Made by a program: the position numbers and the translations under genes. The notes under the pieces were generated by a model. The model was given only the letters and a program-made list of their open reading frames with translations, did no database searches and was not told the DNA's origin. This document shows positions 29,461 to 40,070 of a DNA stretch of 64,000 nt, piece by piece; position 1 is the first letter of the stretch; each line of letters begins with the position of its first letter. This DNA comes from a phage: sequence record PZ445517.1; one strand, written 5' to 3'.

Positions 29461-30616
29461 TTAACTGATCTAGGTCAGTTTCTAAATCAGCTGCTGATTT
29501 ACTTTTACTTTCTGGAGATTTAAATTTTTCAACCTTTGAGTTAATCAATTCATCAACTTCAGCTTCAACAATTTCATTGCTATCAATAGCACCTAACTGA
29601 TAAGCACGTTTAATAGCATCTCGGAATGGTTGATGCTTAAATAAAGGACCCCAGAATGTAGTGCAGTTGGTATCTTTTGCACGCCAAGATTTTTCTTCGC
29701 GAATCATCTCACCGGTTTCTTCATCAAGAAATTCACGGGCATACCAGCCATTTTTAGGTTTTACCACGAATCCTAATTCTAGAGCCATATCTAACAATCC
29801 AGAATAAGGATCGATACCACCGTCAAATTTAACATCAATAAAGAATTTACTTTTTTCTTTAACGGTACGAGATTTTTCTACATTTAGAACAAATTGATAC
29901 CCCTGAAGATCAGAACCATCTTTAATCTGGCGTTTACCGATAATGAATACGGTATCAGCCGAATACATTACGCCTGTACCACCTGTCATCACGGTTTTAC
30001 TAAACATTTCAATTGTTTCAATTGTATGGTTAACCGCAACACATGGAATATTTTTAATGCTAAAATAAGGAGTAACAATACGGAATAATGACTTCAGTGA
30101 TTTAGCACGAGTCATATCTGCCACAGATTTTTCATTCAAGGCATCTTCCGTTTCTTTCTTAGAAGCCATATTACCGATTGAGTCGATGAATACAATAACC
30201 TTTTCACCACGCTCAATAGCTTCAAGCTGATTCACCATGTCAATTTTCAGTTGTTCAACTGACTGGATTGGTGTATGAATTACTCGTTCCGGGTCAACTC
30301 CCATGGATCGCAAATAAGCTGGAGTAATACCAAATTCGCTATCATAGAATAGACAAACCGCGTCAGGATATTTGTTCAAATATGCCGCAACCATAGTCAA
30401 AGACATATTTGATTTAAAGTGTTTAGAAGGCCCTGCGAAAATAGTTAAACCAGACTGCATACCGCCATCAATCGCACCAGAAATAGCAATATTAAGCATT
30501 GGAATTTTTGTACGAATTACATCCTTTTCATTAAAGAATTTAGATGTAGTCAGTTCAGCAGTCATTTTAGAAGTGGAAGCTTTAATCAAACGGGATTTTA
30601 AATCTGCAATAGACAT
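29435..30616 (-). CDS. uvsX: UvsX recombinase (RecA/Rad51 family)
   Basis: 393 aa; MSIADLKSRLIKASTSKMTAELTTSKFFNEKDVIRTKIPMLNIAISGAIDGGMQSGLTIFAGPSKHFKS... RecA-like Walker A. Confidence 0.9.
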   Translation of the reverse strand: MSIADLKSRLIKASTSKMTAELTTSKFFNEKDVIRTKIPMLNIAISGAIDGGMQSGLTIFAGPSKHFKSNMSLTMVAAYLNKYPDAVCLFYDSEFGITPAYLRSMGVDPERVIHTPIQSVEQLKIDMVNQLEAIERGEKVIVFIDSIGNMASKKETEDALNEKSVADMTRAKSLKSLFRIVTPYFSIKNIPCVAVNHTIETIEMFSKTVMTGGTGVMYSADTVFIIGKRQIKDGSDLQGYQFVLNVEKSRTVKEKSKFFIDVKFDGGIDPYSGLLDMALELGFVVKPKNGWYAREFLDEETGEMIREEKSWRAKDTNCTTFWGPLFKHQPFRDAIKRAYQLGAIDSNEIVEAEVDELINSKVEKFKSPESKSKSAADLETDLDQLSDMEEFNE

Positions 30617-30693
30617 TCATTTTTTCCATAGGCATCATTATATTTTCCTCACTGGTTAAAGATAGAGTAATTATAACACAATAAATTTAGGCA

Positions 30694-31542
30694 TTAATCA
30701 ACTGCTATCGGATGAATAGCATTAAACTTATGAAATGCTTCTGATTTTTCTTTACGCGAAACACACATGCGAAGAACCTTTAATGGCTCGTCTTCTTCAC
30801 CCAACGATTTTCGTTTTTCAATATTCGATGTTTTCCAACGAGCTTGCTCTGGAAACTCTCTATTGATTTGCTCAAGCGCTCTATTATGTTTAGAATTACT
30901 ACGAATTGAACTGCACCCGCCAGGAGCTTGTGCTTTTCCAGATACAACCAGATATTTGAACAAGGCCAAATGCGGATAACCTTGATTAATTAAATTGAGA
31001 AATGCATACATATCTTCGCATAAATCAATTTTTCCATACCCAATTTGTTCTGTCGTAAGTTTTCCGAGGTCATACCATGTATTCGTGAATCCATATGAAT
31101 TTTCACGATAATTACCCCAAGATGAAGTAATTTTAAAAATTGGTAAACGAGCATGGCCATGATAATATCCGCAATCCATGGCATCCTCGACATATTGAAT
31201 CAATTCATAGAACTGTTCACGAGTTAATTGATTGACTTTATCTACACAACGACGATCATCTCTTTTTCGCATTGAACTCATACGAATAGTAGTATCATCG
31301 TCAATCATCCAAATTCGTTGACCTGCATACATATCAGTAATTGCTTTACGAGTTCCAGCAATTCCATTTACATCATCAGGAATAGTTATAATTTTAGCTC
31401 TAGACCCATAGGCATCATAATAAGCTTTTTCTTCGTGTTCACGTACTACAATATGTGGTTCATAATCAGTCGGAAACATATCAAGGGCAGAAACTGCCCC
31501 TACACGTTGATAGCTTGGAATTACGAATTGAATCATTTCCAC
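30694..31542 (-). CDS. putative glycosyltransferase with DxD motif, in the slot where T4 carries beta-gt
   Basis: 282 aa; ...RIWMIDDDTTIR...; shorter than T4 beta-gt (351 aa) and no obvious two-Rossmann-domain pattern. Confidence 0.5.
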   Translation of the reverse strand: MEMIQFVIPSYQRVGAVSALDMFPTDYEPHIVVREHEEKAYYDAYGSRAKIITIPDDVNGIAGTRKAITDMYAGQRIWMIDDDTTIRMSSMRKRDDRRCVDKVNQLTREQFYELIQYVEDAMDCGYYHGHARLPIFKITSSWGNYRENSYGFTNTWYDLGKLTTEQIGYGKIDLCEDMYAFLNLINQGYPHLALFKYLVVSGKAQAPGGCSSIRSNSKHNRALEQINREFPEQARWKTSNIEKRKSLGEEDEPLKVLRMCVSRKEKSEAFHKFNAIHPIAVD

Positions 31543-32273
31543 TCACCGTTATAATCTTTTTTCACAATATGAGTTTCGCCAGTATTCCACCAATGATCAA
31601 CCAAGTAAAAATGACGAGAATATACATGAAGACTTCCAACATTCCATATAATAGAACCTGCTTTATACTGACGAGTTGAATCGCCTGCATTCAAATCAGA
31701 TACTAATTTATCTAATACGTATTTTTGCCATGCATAATCATTACGGAATCCGAAGACCACGTCATTTGAGCGCATGCTTACTACTGCATTGACTTTCTTA
31801 TCACGAATCAGGTACTGTACTGTATTAGTACACATGAAATCTGACATACCATCTTTATTGTAGTCAAATTGCATGGATGGACGAGTATAAATCATGATAC
31901 CACGTCGAGAATCAGGATTTTGACCAAGTTCAGCTAAACACATATCATACTGGGCATAGTTATCTTCTGACCAAATAGCCCAACCATAATTCGAGTTAAT
32001 TTCACCTTTAGAAGATGCTACCTGCTGCCAAATTTTCGGTGTTTCACCTGGAATATCTTTAACAAACAAGCTTTTAGATTTATACCATTCAAGTTCACGC
32101 TGAATGTATTCATCATTAAGAGCGCCAAAAATAAACGGTTCATCTGCTACAAATGATGCGCCAATAATTTCAATAGTTTTAACGCCAGTTTTATCAACTA
32201 CGAAATCTTTTTCTTTTAATGCAGTTCCCAAATAAAAACGGATTTCTTCAACTGTCATAGAGTCATTAATCAT
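31533..32273 (-). CDS. 42: dCMP hydroxymethylase gp42
   Basis: 246 aa, same length as T4 gp42; thymidylate-synthase-like. Confidence 0.85.
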   Translation of the reverse strand: MINDSMTVEEIRFYLGTALKEKDFVVDKTGVKTIEIIGASFVADEPFIFGALNDEYIQRELEWYKSKSLFVKDIPGETPKIWQQVASSKGEINSNYGWAIWSEDNYAQYDMCLAELGQNPDSRRGIMIYTRPSMQFDYNKDGMSDFMCTNTVQYLIRDKKVNAVVSMRSNDVVFGFRNDYAWQKYVLDKLVSDLNAGDSTRQYKAGSIIWNVGSLHVYSRHFYLVDHWWNTGETHIVKKDYNGEWK

Positions 32274-32426
32274 TTAAACCTCAATTGATACATTCATATT
32301 TAACTTGTAACAGTAATAAACCCCAACCTAAAATAATAGTTGGAATCATAAGAGGAACCGTTACACTATAGTATATACTTATTATAATCATCAAGATTAA
32401 AAGCAACACTGCTATAATTTTGCTTT

Positions 32427-32678
32427 TCATTCCTTCTCTCTGATGATAATTACTTGATTTGGCTGTGCAGACTTTTTGGTTTCACCCGCAATTGACCAAA
32501 TAAATGTAATAAACCAACCAATGATTGACCAGTTAAACAGTAAAGATGTAAAAAAGATTCCTACTGTCGATTTTGACCCACGCATCAAGGCGATGAACCA
32601 TGGGAGCATGTATATAATAATAGCCAACACACCTGAAACTAAAACCATAAAAATTGAACCTGCTACTAAAGTTTCCAT
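32427..32678 (-). CDS. imm: immunity (superinfection exclusion) membrane protein Imm
   Basis: 83 aa, two hydrophobic segments; same length as T4 Imm. Confidence 0.7.
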   Translation of the reverse strand: METLVAGSIFMVLVSGVLAIIIYMLPWFIALMRGSKSTVGIFFTSLLFNWSIIGWFITFIWSIAGETKKSAQPNQVIIIREKE

Positions 32679-32685
32679 GTTTTCC

Positions 32686-33066
32686 TCACTTAGTCAAATT
32701 TTTTACGCATGAATTATAAGAATTTACTACATACTCCATCGGAGCATTTTTACCGGTACGCCATTGGTAATTATTAGCCCAATTTGCCCAAAGTTCAGCA
32801 CAGTAGTTTTCAATTTTTTCTTCACGTGTAATTACATCCGAATTACGATATGCTTGAGCAGATTCATCTGGACGAATAGCTTCGTCAAAATTCGCCTGCA
32901 TTTGTTCTACTGTTTGCTTTGGAGCTTCTTTATAACACTTGACATTAGGATTATAAAATTTGCTTGAACAGTTTACAATTTTTCCTACATCAGACTGATT
33001 TACTACCGGTCCTTGAGCTACACAACCAGTAAGACCCAATGCAATAACCAAAATAGCGATTTTCAT
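32686..33066 (-). CDS. putative lipoprotein, 126 aa
   Basis: start at internal ATG 33064-33066 (GGAGA upstream); signal/lipobox MKIAILVIALGLTGC; track N-terminus is promoter read-through. Confidence 0.45.
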   Translation of the reverse strand: MKIAILVIALGLTGCVAQGPVVNQSDVGKIVNCSSKFYNPNVKCYKEAPKQTVEQMQANFDEAIRPDESAQAYRNSDVITREEKIENYCAELWANWANNYQWRTGKNAPMEYVVNSYNSCVKNLTK

Positions 33067-33100
33067 TTCATTCTCCAAATCCGCGTCAGTTGATAGTTGT

Positions 33101-33130
33101 ATAGTACCACGGAAGAACAGAGATGTAAAC
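33101..33130 (-). promoter_or_regulatory. T4-type early promoter
   Basis: GTTTAC (33125-33130 rc), 18 nt, TACTAT; conserved cassette. Confidence 0.6.
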
Positions 33131-33218
33131 AGTTTTGTGAAAAAACTTTTAATGAATTCCAGAGGTCCAGAATCATCTATTTTTCCTAAGTATAGATTTA
33201 TATTACTTGTATGAAAAA

Positions 33219-33234
33219 GGGACCCGGAGGTCCC
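33219..33234 (-). terminator. intrinsic terminator downstream of gene 43
   Basis: gggacc-cgga-ggtccc; minus strand hairpin followed by TTTTTCAT. Confidence 0.6.
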
Positions 33235-33247
33235 TAGATTTATTCTA

Positions 33248-35944
33248 TCAGCCAAACAGGAAGTCTAACGAAGCTTTTTCTTCATAGTCCATACCCGCCG
33301 ATTCACACATACCCGCAAGCGGTTTAACAAACGATTTTTGGAACAAAGTTGAGTAGTCAATCCAAGACAGTACATCAGAACGAATTTCTTTTGGAAGTTC
33401 CGTACCCGATGGCCAAGCAATACACTTGTCACCAAATGGATTTCCCTCACGTAATGGAAGAACCATTACTTTATTTCCATCCAAAATTGGAGCTACACCT
33501 AAACCGCTAACAGCTCGACGATAAGTTAGCACCCCACGAATGTGGAACGGGCATTTAAATCCTGGCCAACCTTTATCGTCATATTTCGCTATATCGTTCG
33601 CGGTTTTTACTTCAGCAATAACTTTATAGTCAAGTTGACGATATTCTTTCTCAAAGTTCTTGTAGTATTCTTGGACAGACTCTTCACCTTCCTGAAGAAT
33701 ACGACGAATACTTTCTTCGAGAGCTTCTTGTACTGCTTTTGGTGTTGAACTCTGCTGAGTTTCCATACCCATGATTTTTAGATGTGGTTCAGCAAATCGC
33801 TTATCTTCCATATCATAAACGTTCAGAGCATAACGTTTTTTCGCTTTCCAAAATCCACCAACACCCTTTGAACCAAGCGGAGGACAAGAAATAGCTTCAC
33901 GGTCCATATGCATCAGATGCTCGCGGTTATTCATATAATCACATAACTCACGATATGCAACATCAATCATAGGTTCCATCTTTTTCTTACCGAACTGATT
34001 CATGAATTCAACTAAATCATTTTGTTCTTTAAAGCGGTCAAGACCTACTTTTTCAATAACTTTATCTACACAAACATATACAGAATCAGTATCACCCGCT
34101 GCGATGAAATCTTCGCCATTAGTTCCACACACCTTATTCAGGTATTCATTAATTTTACGAGCAATCCACTGAATACCAACTTGACCAAAAATTGTGATAG
34201 CAGTAGCATTTCGCAAATCATAGTAACGGAAATGAATATTACCAAGAGCACCATAAAGACTGTTGATAAGAATTTTACGGTTTAGCTGATTTGTGTTAGC
34301 AAGTGTAGCTGCTTTTTCACATTCTTCGATCAGACTATTAAGAACAGATTCGGTGTAATTCGATAATTCATTTAAGAAATCATCATTGAACTTAACATAT
34401 CGTTCAACTTCTGGTTTAGTTGAGCGAGACCCTGCACCTTTCATAATAATCTTTTTAATAGCTTCGGCATTCATTTCTTCGGCGAACATTTTCTTTTTCC
34501 AATCTTTACGTTGGAAAAATACTTTAGCGATTTCCTTTGGAATGATACCTTCTTGATGCTTATCATACATCCATCCATTCGGAGAACAAGAATATTCATC
34601 ACTTGGCTTAGGAGCTGTTCCTGCGATATATTCATGAATTGGATGAACTTTAAACTGACCACGAATAGTCTCAGGACTAATGTTAACCTGACGAATAATG
34701 CTAGGATACAGAGACGTCAAGTCAAAACTCATAATGTATCGACGAGCAATCGGTTTAGGTTCAAATACAAATGCACCTGGAAAACTTTGTTTAACGTGCG
34801 AACCTTGTTGAGGAATAACCTTATGTTCACCTTTCAACGAGTTAAAAATAATAGCATCCCAAGTTTTAATAGGACTCATTACACCAGAAAAAGGCATTTT
34901 AGCATAATAAGACATACTTAAAACTAGATCGATAAACCCACGAATTTTATCAATTGCTTGAACTGATTCTACGTCAATGATGTTATAACTAATGTATCGT
35001 TGATGATTAGTCTCACGAAGTTTATTAATAGGACCGTCGTATGGCAATTTACCTTTTTTGGTTTCATGTTGAGCAACTGATTCCAAAGAGAATGATGGCA
35101 AATTAGTAAATGCGAATTTCTTGTACAAATCTAAATAATCAAGAATAGATACGCCATCAATAGAATAAATTTCTTTGCTACCGTACATATTTTGAATTAG
35201 TTTAGATTTTACTCGACCGATTGGAGAGAAGCGTTTCATACTGCGTTCGCCCAGAACCATTTTAACACGATTCATGATATACGGAACGTCAAATCCCTCA
35301 ATATTCCAGCCGGTAAAAATAGCAGGTCTTTTCTGTTCCCAGAGATTAATATATTCCATGAGCATATCACGCTCATTATCAAATGGCATATAAATTACTC
35401 GGTCAAGAATTTCTTGAGGAACTTCATCACCACCTTCACAGTCAAGTTTAGCAGCTAACTTTGCATCCCATTTTGATACTGAACCGTACATTGAATTCAA
35501 CAAATCAAAGACGTAAAAACGGTCGTCAATTGAATCATAATGAGTGATAGCATCAATTTCATATTCTGCTTTCATTGGGTCAGGAAATTTATCACCAGTA
35601 ACCTCAATGTCACAGTTAGCTACACGAACAAATTTTCGGTCATAAACAATTTCTGAACCATATGTATCACTGATATAAGCGAGTTTAAAATCGTTCATAC
35701 CGAGAGCTTCGAGACCGATGTCTTCCATTCGTTTCATCCAATCTCGTGCATCTTTCATTGATGGAAATTTTTGAGGAGCGCAATTTTTACCGTAAATGTC
35801 TTTGTATTTTGATTCTTCCTTACAATGTCTAAACATAGTCGGAAGATATTCTACTTCGCGAGTACGTTCCTTTCCATTTTCATCAATATAACGTTCAACA
35901 ATATTATTTCCGACTGTTTCGATAGAGATATAAAATTCTTTCAT
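33248..35944 (-). CDS. 43: DNA polymerase gp43 (family B, with 3'-5' exonuclease)
   Basis: 898 aa, same length as T4 gp43; polymerase motifs including ...DTDS... and exo motifs. Confidence 0.95.
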   Translation of the reverse strand: MKEFYISIETVGNNIVERYIDENGKERTREVEYLPTMFRHCKEESKYKDIYGKNCAPQKFPSMKDARDWMKRMEDIGLEALGMNDFKLAYISDTYGSEIVYDRKFVRVANCDIEVTGDKFPDPMKAEYEIDAITHYDSIDDRFYVFDLLNSMYGSVSKWDAKLAAKLDCEGGDEVPQEILDRVIYMPFDNERDMLMEYINLWEQKRPAIFTGWNIEGFDVPYIMNRVKMVLGERSMKRFSPIGRVKSKLIQNMYGSKEIYSIDGVSILDYLDLYKKFAFTNLPSFSLESVAQHETKKGKLPYDGPINKLRETNHQRYISYNIIDVESVQAIDKIRGFIDLVLSMSYYAKMPFSGVMSPIKTWDAIIFNSLKGEHKVIPQQGSHVKQSFPGAFVFEPKPIARRYIMSFDLTSLYPSIIRQVNISPETIRGQFKVHPIHEYIAGTAPKPSDEYSCSPNGWMYDKHQEGIIPKEIAKVFFQRKDWKKKMFAEEMNAEAIKKIIMKGAGSRSTKPEVERYVKFNDDFLNELSNYTESVLNSLIEECEKAATLANTNQLNRKILINSLYGALGNIHFRYYDLRNATAITIFGQVGIQWIARKINEYLNKVCGTNGEDFIAAGDTDSVYVCVDKVIEKVGLDRFKEQNDLVEFMNQFGKKKMEPMIDVAYRELCDYMNNREHLMHMDREAISCPPLGSKGVGGFWKAKKRYALNVYDMEDKRFAEPHLKIMGMETQQSSTPKAVQEALEESIRRILQEGEESVQEYYKNFEKEYRQLDYKVIAEVKTANDIAKYDDKGWPGFKCPFHIRGVLTYRRAVSGLGVAPILDGNKVMVLPLREGNPFGDKCIAWPSGTELPKEIRSDVLSWIDYSTLFQKSFVKPLAGMCESAGMDYEEKASLDFLFG

Positions 35945-36023
35945 AGATATTCCTTAGTTTATAGCCCGAGTTATTAGGCTCTTGATATATTATACTCCAA
36001 ATAAGGGGCCGAAGCCCCCTTGC

Positions 36024-36392
36024 TTAATTACCAATCGTATATTTAGGAACGAGTTTCCATTCATGTTTTTGCTTAAAAGAAATAACTCGGAAGTTATTAG
36101 TTAAATCTTTCATAAAAGTTCTTTGACCGGGAGCGATTTCAATCAGTCCCCAATCTTCTAACAGCCATGCAATCGAATCACGACGAACTTCATCTTCTTC
36201 TGTCATTTCAACTTGACGGCCATCCATACGAAGCATTTCTTTAAAATGAACGATATAGTATAGTCCTTTTTTCTGAAGAATATGACAGGACTGATACAGA
36301 ACTTTATCTTTATTATTAGCAATTCCCATACGAGTCAAAGTTTCTTTTACTTTCAGAAAATCTTCAGGTTTTTTAAGAGTAATTTCAATCAT
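36024..36392 (-). CDS. regA: translational repressor RegA
   Basis: 122 aa, MIEITLKKPEDFLKVKETLTRMGIANNKDKVLYQSCHILQKKGLYYIVHFKEM...; length and sequence match T4 RegA as recalled. Confidence 0.85.
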   Translation of the reverse strand: MIEITLKKPEDFLKVKETLTRMGIANNKDKVLYQSCHILQKKGLYYIVHFKEMLRMDGRQVEMTEEDEVRRDSIAWLLEDWGLIEIAPGQRTFMKDLTNNFRVISFKQKHEWKLVPKYTIGN

Positions 36393-36393
36393 T

Positions 36394-36978
36394 TTACCAT
36401 TCCAATGCTAGTTTTTTGAGTTGTTTCTGTTCTTTTACGTTCTTAGTCACTTCTTTCAAAAAATCATCCGTGACTAATCCTTTAAGTTCTTTTAATACTA
36501 AAGGAAGTTTTCCATTTTTAGTAAGAATTGATTTATAGTTAATTGCATCATTTGTATTAACTTGATATCGCTTAGCAAGTAACTTAATAATCAATACTTC
36601 GGTGGAATCTTCAACTAGTTTTGCCCATTTACCATATCTTTTACCCCGAGGAACAGCAGCCATCAGATAATTAAAATGGGCTTCATCGCTTAAACCTGAT
36701 CCAATTAAATTCATAGCATATACAGCTGGCATGCACTCTGGAAATTGTGATAATGCATTCTCAACCATGAATTTTGAATAATCTTTTTGAGCAATAGAGC
36801 ATTTAGTTTTATTATTAATAGCTCCAATTATTTCAAAAAACTCATTTTCAGCTTTTTCTTTAAAAGAATCAGCAGCGGATTGGACAGCTGTCCAATCTTT
36901 TGAATACCAAGCAACTTGATGCTCGTTTAATTGAATATCATCTTCAAATAAGCTCATATCACTTCCACTGCATTTCAC
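36394..36978 (-). CDS. 62: clamp loader small subunit gp62
   Basis: 194 aa ORF between gene 44 and regA; synteny. Confidence 0.7.
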   Translation of the reverse strand: MKCSGSDMSLFEDDIQLNEHQVAWYSKDWTAVQSAADSFKEKAENEFFEIIGAINNKTKCSIAQKDYSKFMVENALSQFPECMPAVYAMNLIGSGLSDEAHFNYLMAAVPRGKRYGKWAKLVEDSTEVLIIKLLAKRYQVNTNDAINYKSILTKNGKLPLVLKELKGLVTDDFLKEVTKNVKEQKQLKKLALEW

Positions 36979-37933
36979 ATGCTAACTGAATGAAAAGATA
37001 AGCTAGATGCAATTCAGTATTAGCTGCAATACCATGATACTGATTATTTTCGCCGACAATTTCGTACATACGAATAATACTCTGTGGAGTTACACGTGAA
37101 TAGATTTCTTCAGCAAGTTTACCCACGAACCACGAATAATCGGCTGCATATTTTGGTGCTAAAGCTCTGAGTTGTTTAACATCTTTATTTTTGAGAGACT
37201 CAAGAACATCATCAATAGCACCACGATCGTTAGTAACCAGTGATAAAATACCAGCATCCAAAACACCTTTAGATGAATAACTATCGAGCTCGCCAATAGT
37301 TTTACGAAAATCAGGAAAATTCTTTTTAACCAAAGCTGCTACAACTTTCATATCAGCTATAGCAATTCCTTCATGCTTACAGATTTCGGTCAACCGACGA
37401 ATCATCTGCTTCATCATTTCAATTTTATCTTCATCGGTCGGTTGACCGAATGTGATAACTCGACAGCGTGACTGAAGCGGTTTAATAATACCATCAATAT
37501 TGTTAGCAGTAATAATAATACTGCAGTTTGAACTATAAGCTTCCATAAAGGAACGAAGATGTCGCTGAGATTCTGCTAAACCTGAACGGTCAAATTCATC
37601 AATAACAATTACCTTTTGACGACCATCAAATGAAGCTGCACTCGCAAAATTAGTTAAAGGACCACGAACGAAATCAATTTTACAGTCTGATCCATTTACA
37701 AACATCATATCAGCATTTACGTCATGACACAATGCTTTTGCTACAGTTGTTTTACCTGTTCCTGGAGAAGGAGAATGAAGAATAATATGTGGAATCTTAC
37801 CTTTACTTGTAATAGATTTAAAGGTTTCTTTATCAAAGGCGGGAAGAATACATTCATCGATAGTAGATGGACGATATTTCTGTTCAAGAATGTGTTCTTT
37901 TTCATTTACGGTAATCATAATTTCCTCATTCAA
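36959..37933 (-). CDS. 44: clamp loader ATPase gp44 (AAA+)
   Basis: 324 aa; Walker [11 protein letters not shown], Walker B VIVIDEFD. Confidence 0.9.
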   Translation of the reverse strand: MNEEIMITVNEKEHILEQKYRPSTIDECILPAFDKETFKSITSKGKIPHIILHSPSPGTGKTTVAKALCHDVNADMMFVNGSDCKIDFVRGPLTNFASAASFDGRQKVIVIDEFDRSGLAESQRHLRSFMEAYSSNCSIIITANNIDGIIKPLQSRCRVITFGQPTDEDKIEMMKQMIRRLTEICKHEGIAIADMKVVAALVKKNFPDFRKTIGELDSYSSKGVLDAGILSLVTNDRGAIDDVLESLKNKDVKQLRALAPKYAADYSWFVGKLAEEIYSRVTPQSIIRMYEIVGENNQYHGIAANTELHLAYLFIQLACEMQWK

Positions 37934-37969
37934 GTTTTAGTGTAAATTATAAAGGGCCGAAGCCCTCTA

Positions 37970-38656
37970 TTAAAAATCGTGGGTGGAATCAGCTTCAAGA
38001 GCTACTACATAATTCGCATGTTCACCTTCAAATTTAGCAGCACCTTGTTTACCTTTTGCCCAAAGCAGAAGTTTATAATTTCCTGGTTGCATTTTCATAT
38101 TTGCCATATTGATAATGAAATTAAATGTATTTTCACCATCGTAATCACCAAGAGTCAAAGAATATTTAACACGGGTCAGAGCAGAATCTTCTACTTTATT
38201 AAAACCGTTAATTACGATTTTACCTTCTTTTACTGTGATAGCAATTGTATCAATCTGCAGACCACGAGATACACGCAACAGCTGTTGAAGGTCTTCAGCT
38301 TTAATTTCAGTAACAACAGATGCTACCGGGAATGGAATTGGTTTATTAGGAGCAACTACTGTACTCGGATCGGCTGCTGGCCAAAAAATTGTTGAACGGG
38401 CATCAGCAATTTTAATATTTCCATCTTCTGACTGGGAAATTTCTGCATCATCATTAACTAGAGACAGAATACCGAGAAAACCGTTCAAATCGTAAATTGC
38501 TACATCAAAATCAATAACGTCAGAAATATTTGCTTCCGCATAAGTTGTACCATTAACTGCGCGAGTCATAATAAATTGACCGGATTTAAGCATAATACCG
38601 GAGTTAATAGTAGCGAAATTTTTAAGCAGAGCAGTAGTATCTTTAGACAGTTTCAT
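37970..38656 (-). CDS. 45: sliding clamp gp45
   Basis: 228 aa, same length as T4 gp45; MKLSKDTTALLKNFATINSGIMLKSGQFIMTRAVNGTTYAEANI... Confidence 0.9.
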   Translation of the reverse strand: MKLSKDTTALLKNFATINSGIMLKSGQFIMTRAVNGTTYAEANISDVIDFDVAIYDLNGFLGILSLVNDDAEISQSEDGNIKIADARSTIFWPAADPSTVVAPNKPIPFPVASVVTEIKAEDLQQLLRVSRGLQIDTIAITVKEGKIVINGFNKVEDSALTRVKYSLTLGDYDGENTFNFIINMANMKMQPGNYKLLLWAKGKQGAAKFEGEHANYVVALEADSTHDF

Positions 38657-38711
38657 GTAATTTCCTTCAATTCAAATGAGATTTAATTTTATAACTAATT
38701 TAATAAAGCAA

Positions 38712-39101
38712 TTAACGATTAAAATCAGCCGCAATTGTTTCCGCAACAATTTGAGCAGCAACAATTAGACGTTCATCTGCATTACCACAATAATCATCTT
38801 CAAGGCGTTCACCACATGAAGTCATAATAAATTTAGCACCGGCGTTTAGGGATTCTGTAGTATGTTTGCGCATTAGTTCAATCCATTTATTACTTACTTC
38901 ACGATCGATAGCTTCATAATACGCATGACGAGCAGGTGCAGATTTAATTTTGTTCTGAATAACTTCCATTGCGTTATCAGAAAGAGATAAAACCCATGCT
39001 CGACGAATTTTATTTTGGTTTTGTGGATTTGATTCAGAACGCACGTGTTTTGGCTGAATATCTTTTACGTCAACAGTATAATTCACAGTAATTTTAGTCA
39101 T
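38712..39101 (-). CDS. rpbA: RNA polymerase binding protein RpbA-like
   Basis: 129 aa, same length as T4 RpbA; downstream of gene 45. Confidence 0.55.
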
Positions 39102-39110
39102 AATACACCT

Positions 39111-39302
39111 TTAGTCATAATAATCAGTAACAGTCCAAGCTTCATTTCTATTGGACATTATTTTTGTATATTCTGCTTTAAATGCATTCCTAAGCATAGA
39201 TTCAGTAACTATATGCTCTTCATTAGAAAAATTATTTCTCAGAATATATCGTTTTATTTCAGGAAAAGTTAATAAATGCTGTCCAGTTGAATATTCTGCC
39301 AC
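39111..39302 (-). CDS. hypothetical protein, 63 aa (45.2 position)
   Basis: ORF. Confidence 0.4.
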   Translation of the reverse strand: MAEYSTGQHLLTFPEIKRYILRNNFSNEEHIVTESMLRNAFKAEYTKIMSNRNEAWTVTDYYD

Positions 39303-39312
39303 AGTTCCTCCG

Positions 39313-39320
39313 TATAAATA
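39313..39320 (+). promoter_or_regulatory. T4 late promoter (TATAAATA) for the plus-strand HNH gene
   Basis: tataaata at 39313-39320, about 33 nt upstream of ATG 39354; AAGGA Shine-Dalgarno in between. Confidence 0.55.
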
Positions 39321-39353
39321 TGTTTATCACTCGCTGTATCAAAAGGATATGTT

Positions 39354-40070
39354 ATGAATTATAAACTAATTTATGAAAAGTTAATCTCTAATGCTAAATC
39401 TCGAAAACTTGATTGTTATACTGAATCTCATCACATTATACCACGCTGTTTAAATGGCAGCGATGATGCTTCAAACTTAGTAGATTTAACACCAGAAGAG
39501 CACTATGTAGCTCATCAACTTTTAGTAAAAATTTATCCTTCTGAACCAAAATTAGTCTATGCTGCTAACATGATGACAGTTTCTACGAAATACGCTAAAC
39601 GCAACAATAAAACTTTCGGTTGGATTCGTCGTAAACTCTGGGAAATAGAAAAGAATAAAGAATTCTCCCAGGAGACACGAAAGAAAATGTCTGATGCAGT
39701 AGCTAATAAAGCAAGACTAACTTGTCCTCATTGCGGTAAGTCTGGATTAAGCGGGAATATGAATCGTTGGCATTTTGATAACTGCCCAAATCACCCTAAT
39801 CCTAAAGTTAGACCACCAATGTCTAAAGAACACAGAAATAATATCTCAAACGGGCTTAAAGCAATCGTTCTTGAAGAAACATCCTGCGAATTCTGCGGAA
39901 TGATAGGCAAGAAATGCGTTATCGCAGCGCATAGAAATTTCTGCAAGAAAAATCCAAATGGACGCAAGAAAACTGAAAAGACTGGTACTTGCGTCCATTG
40001 TGGTAAAGTTACCACTTTCGGAAATTTATCAAGATGGCATAATGATAACTGTAAATATAAACTTAGCTAA
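39354..40070 (+). mobile_element. free-standing HNH homing endonuclease (Mob-like) with three CCHC zinc-finger-like repeats
   Basis: 238 aa on the opposite strand to all neighbours; HNH motif ...ESHHIIPRCLNGSDDASNLVDLTPEEHYVAH...; three CxxC-x11-H-x3-C modules; 3' end overlaps the gene 46 stop convergently. Confidence 0.8.

Noticed and set aside
35985-36021. TATAAT-like element and hairpin between gene 43 and regA as a possible gene 43 promoter
   Set aside because: No GTTTAC box at the right spacing and no clear MotA box (TGCTTTA-type); the evidence is too weak to call a middle promoter by eye.
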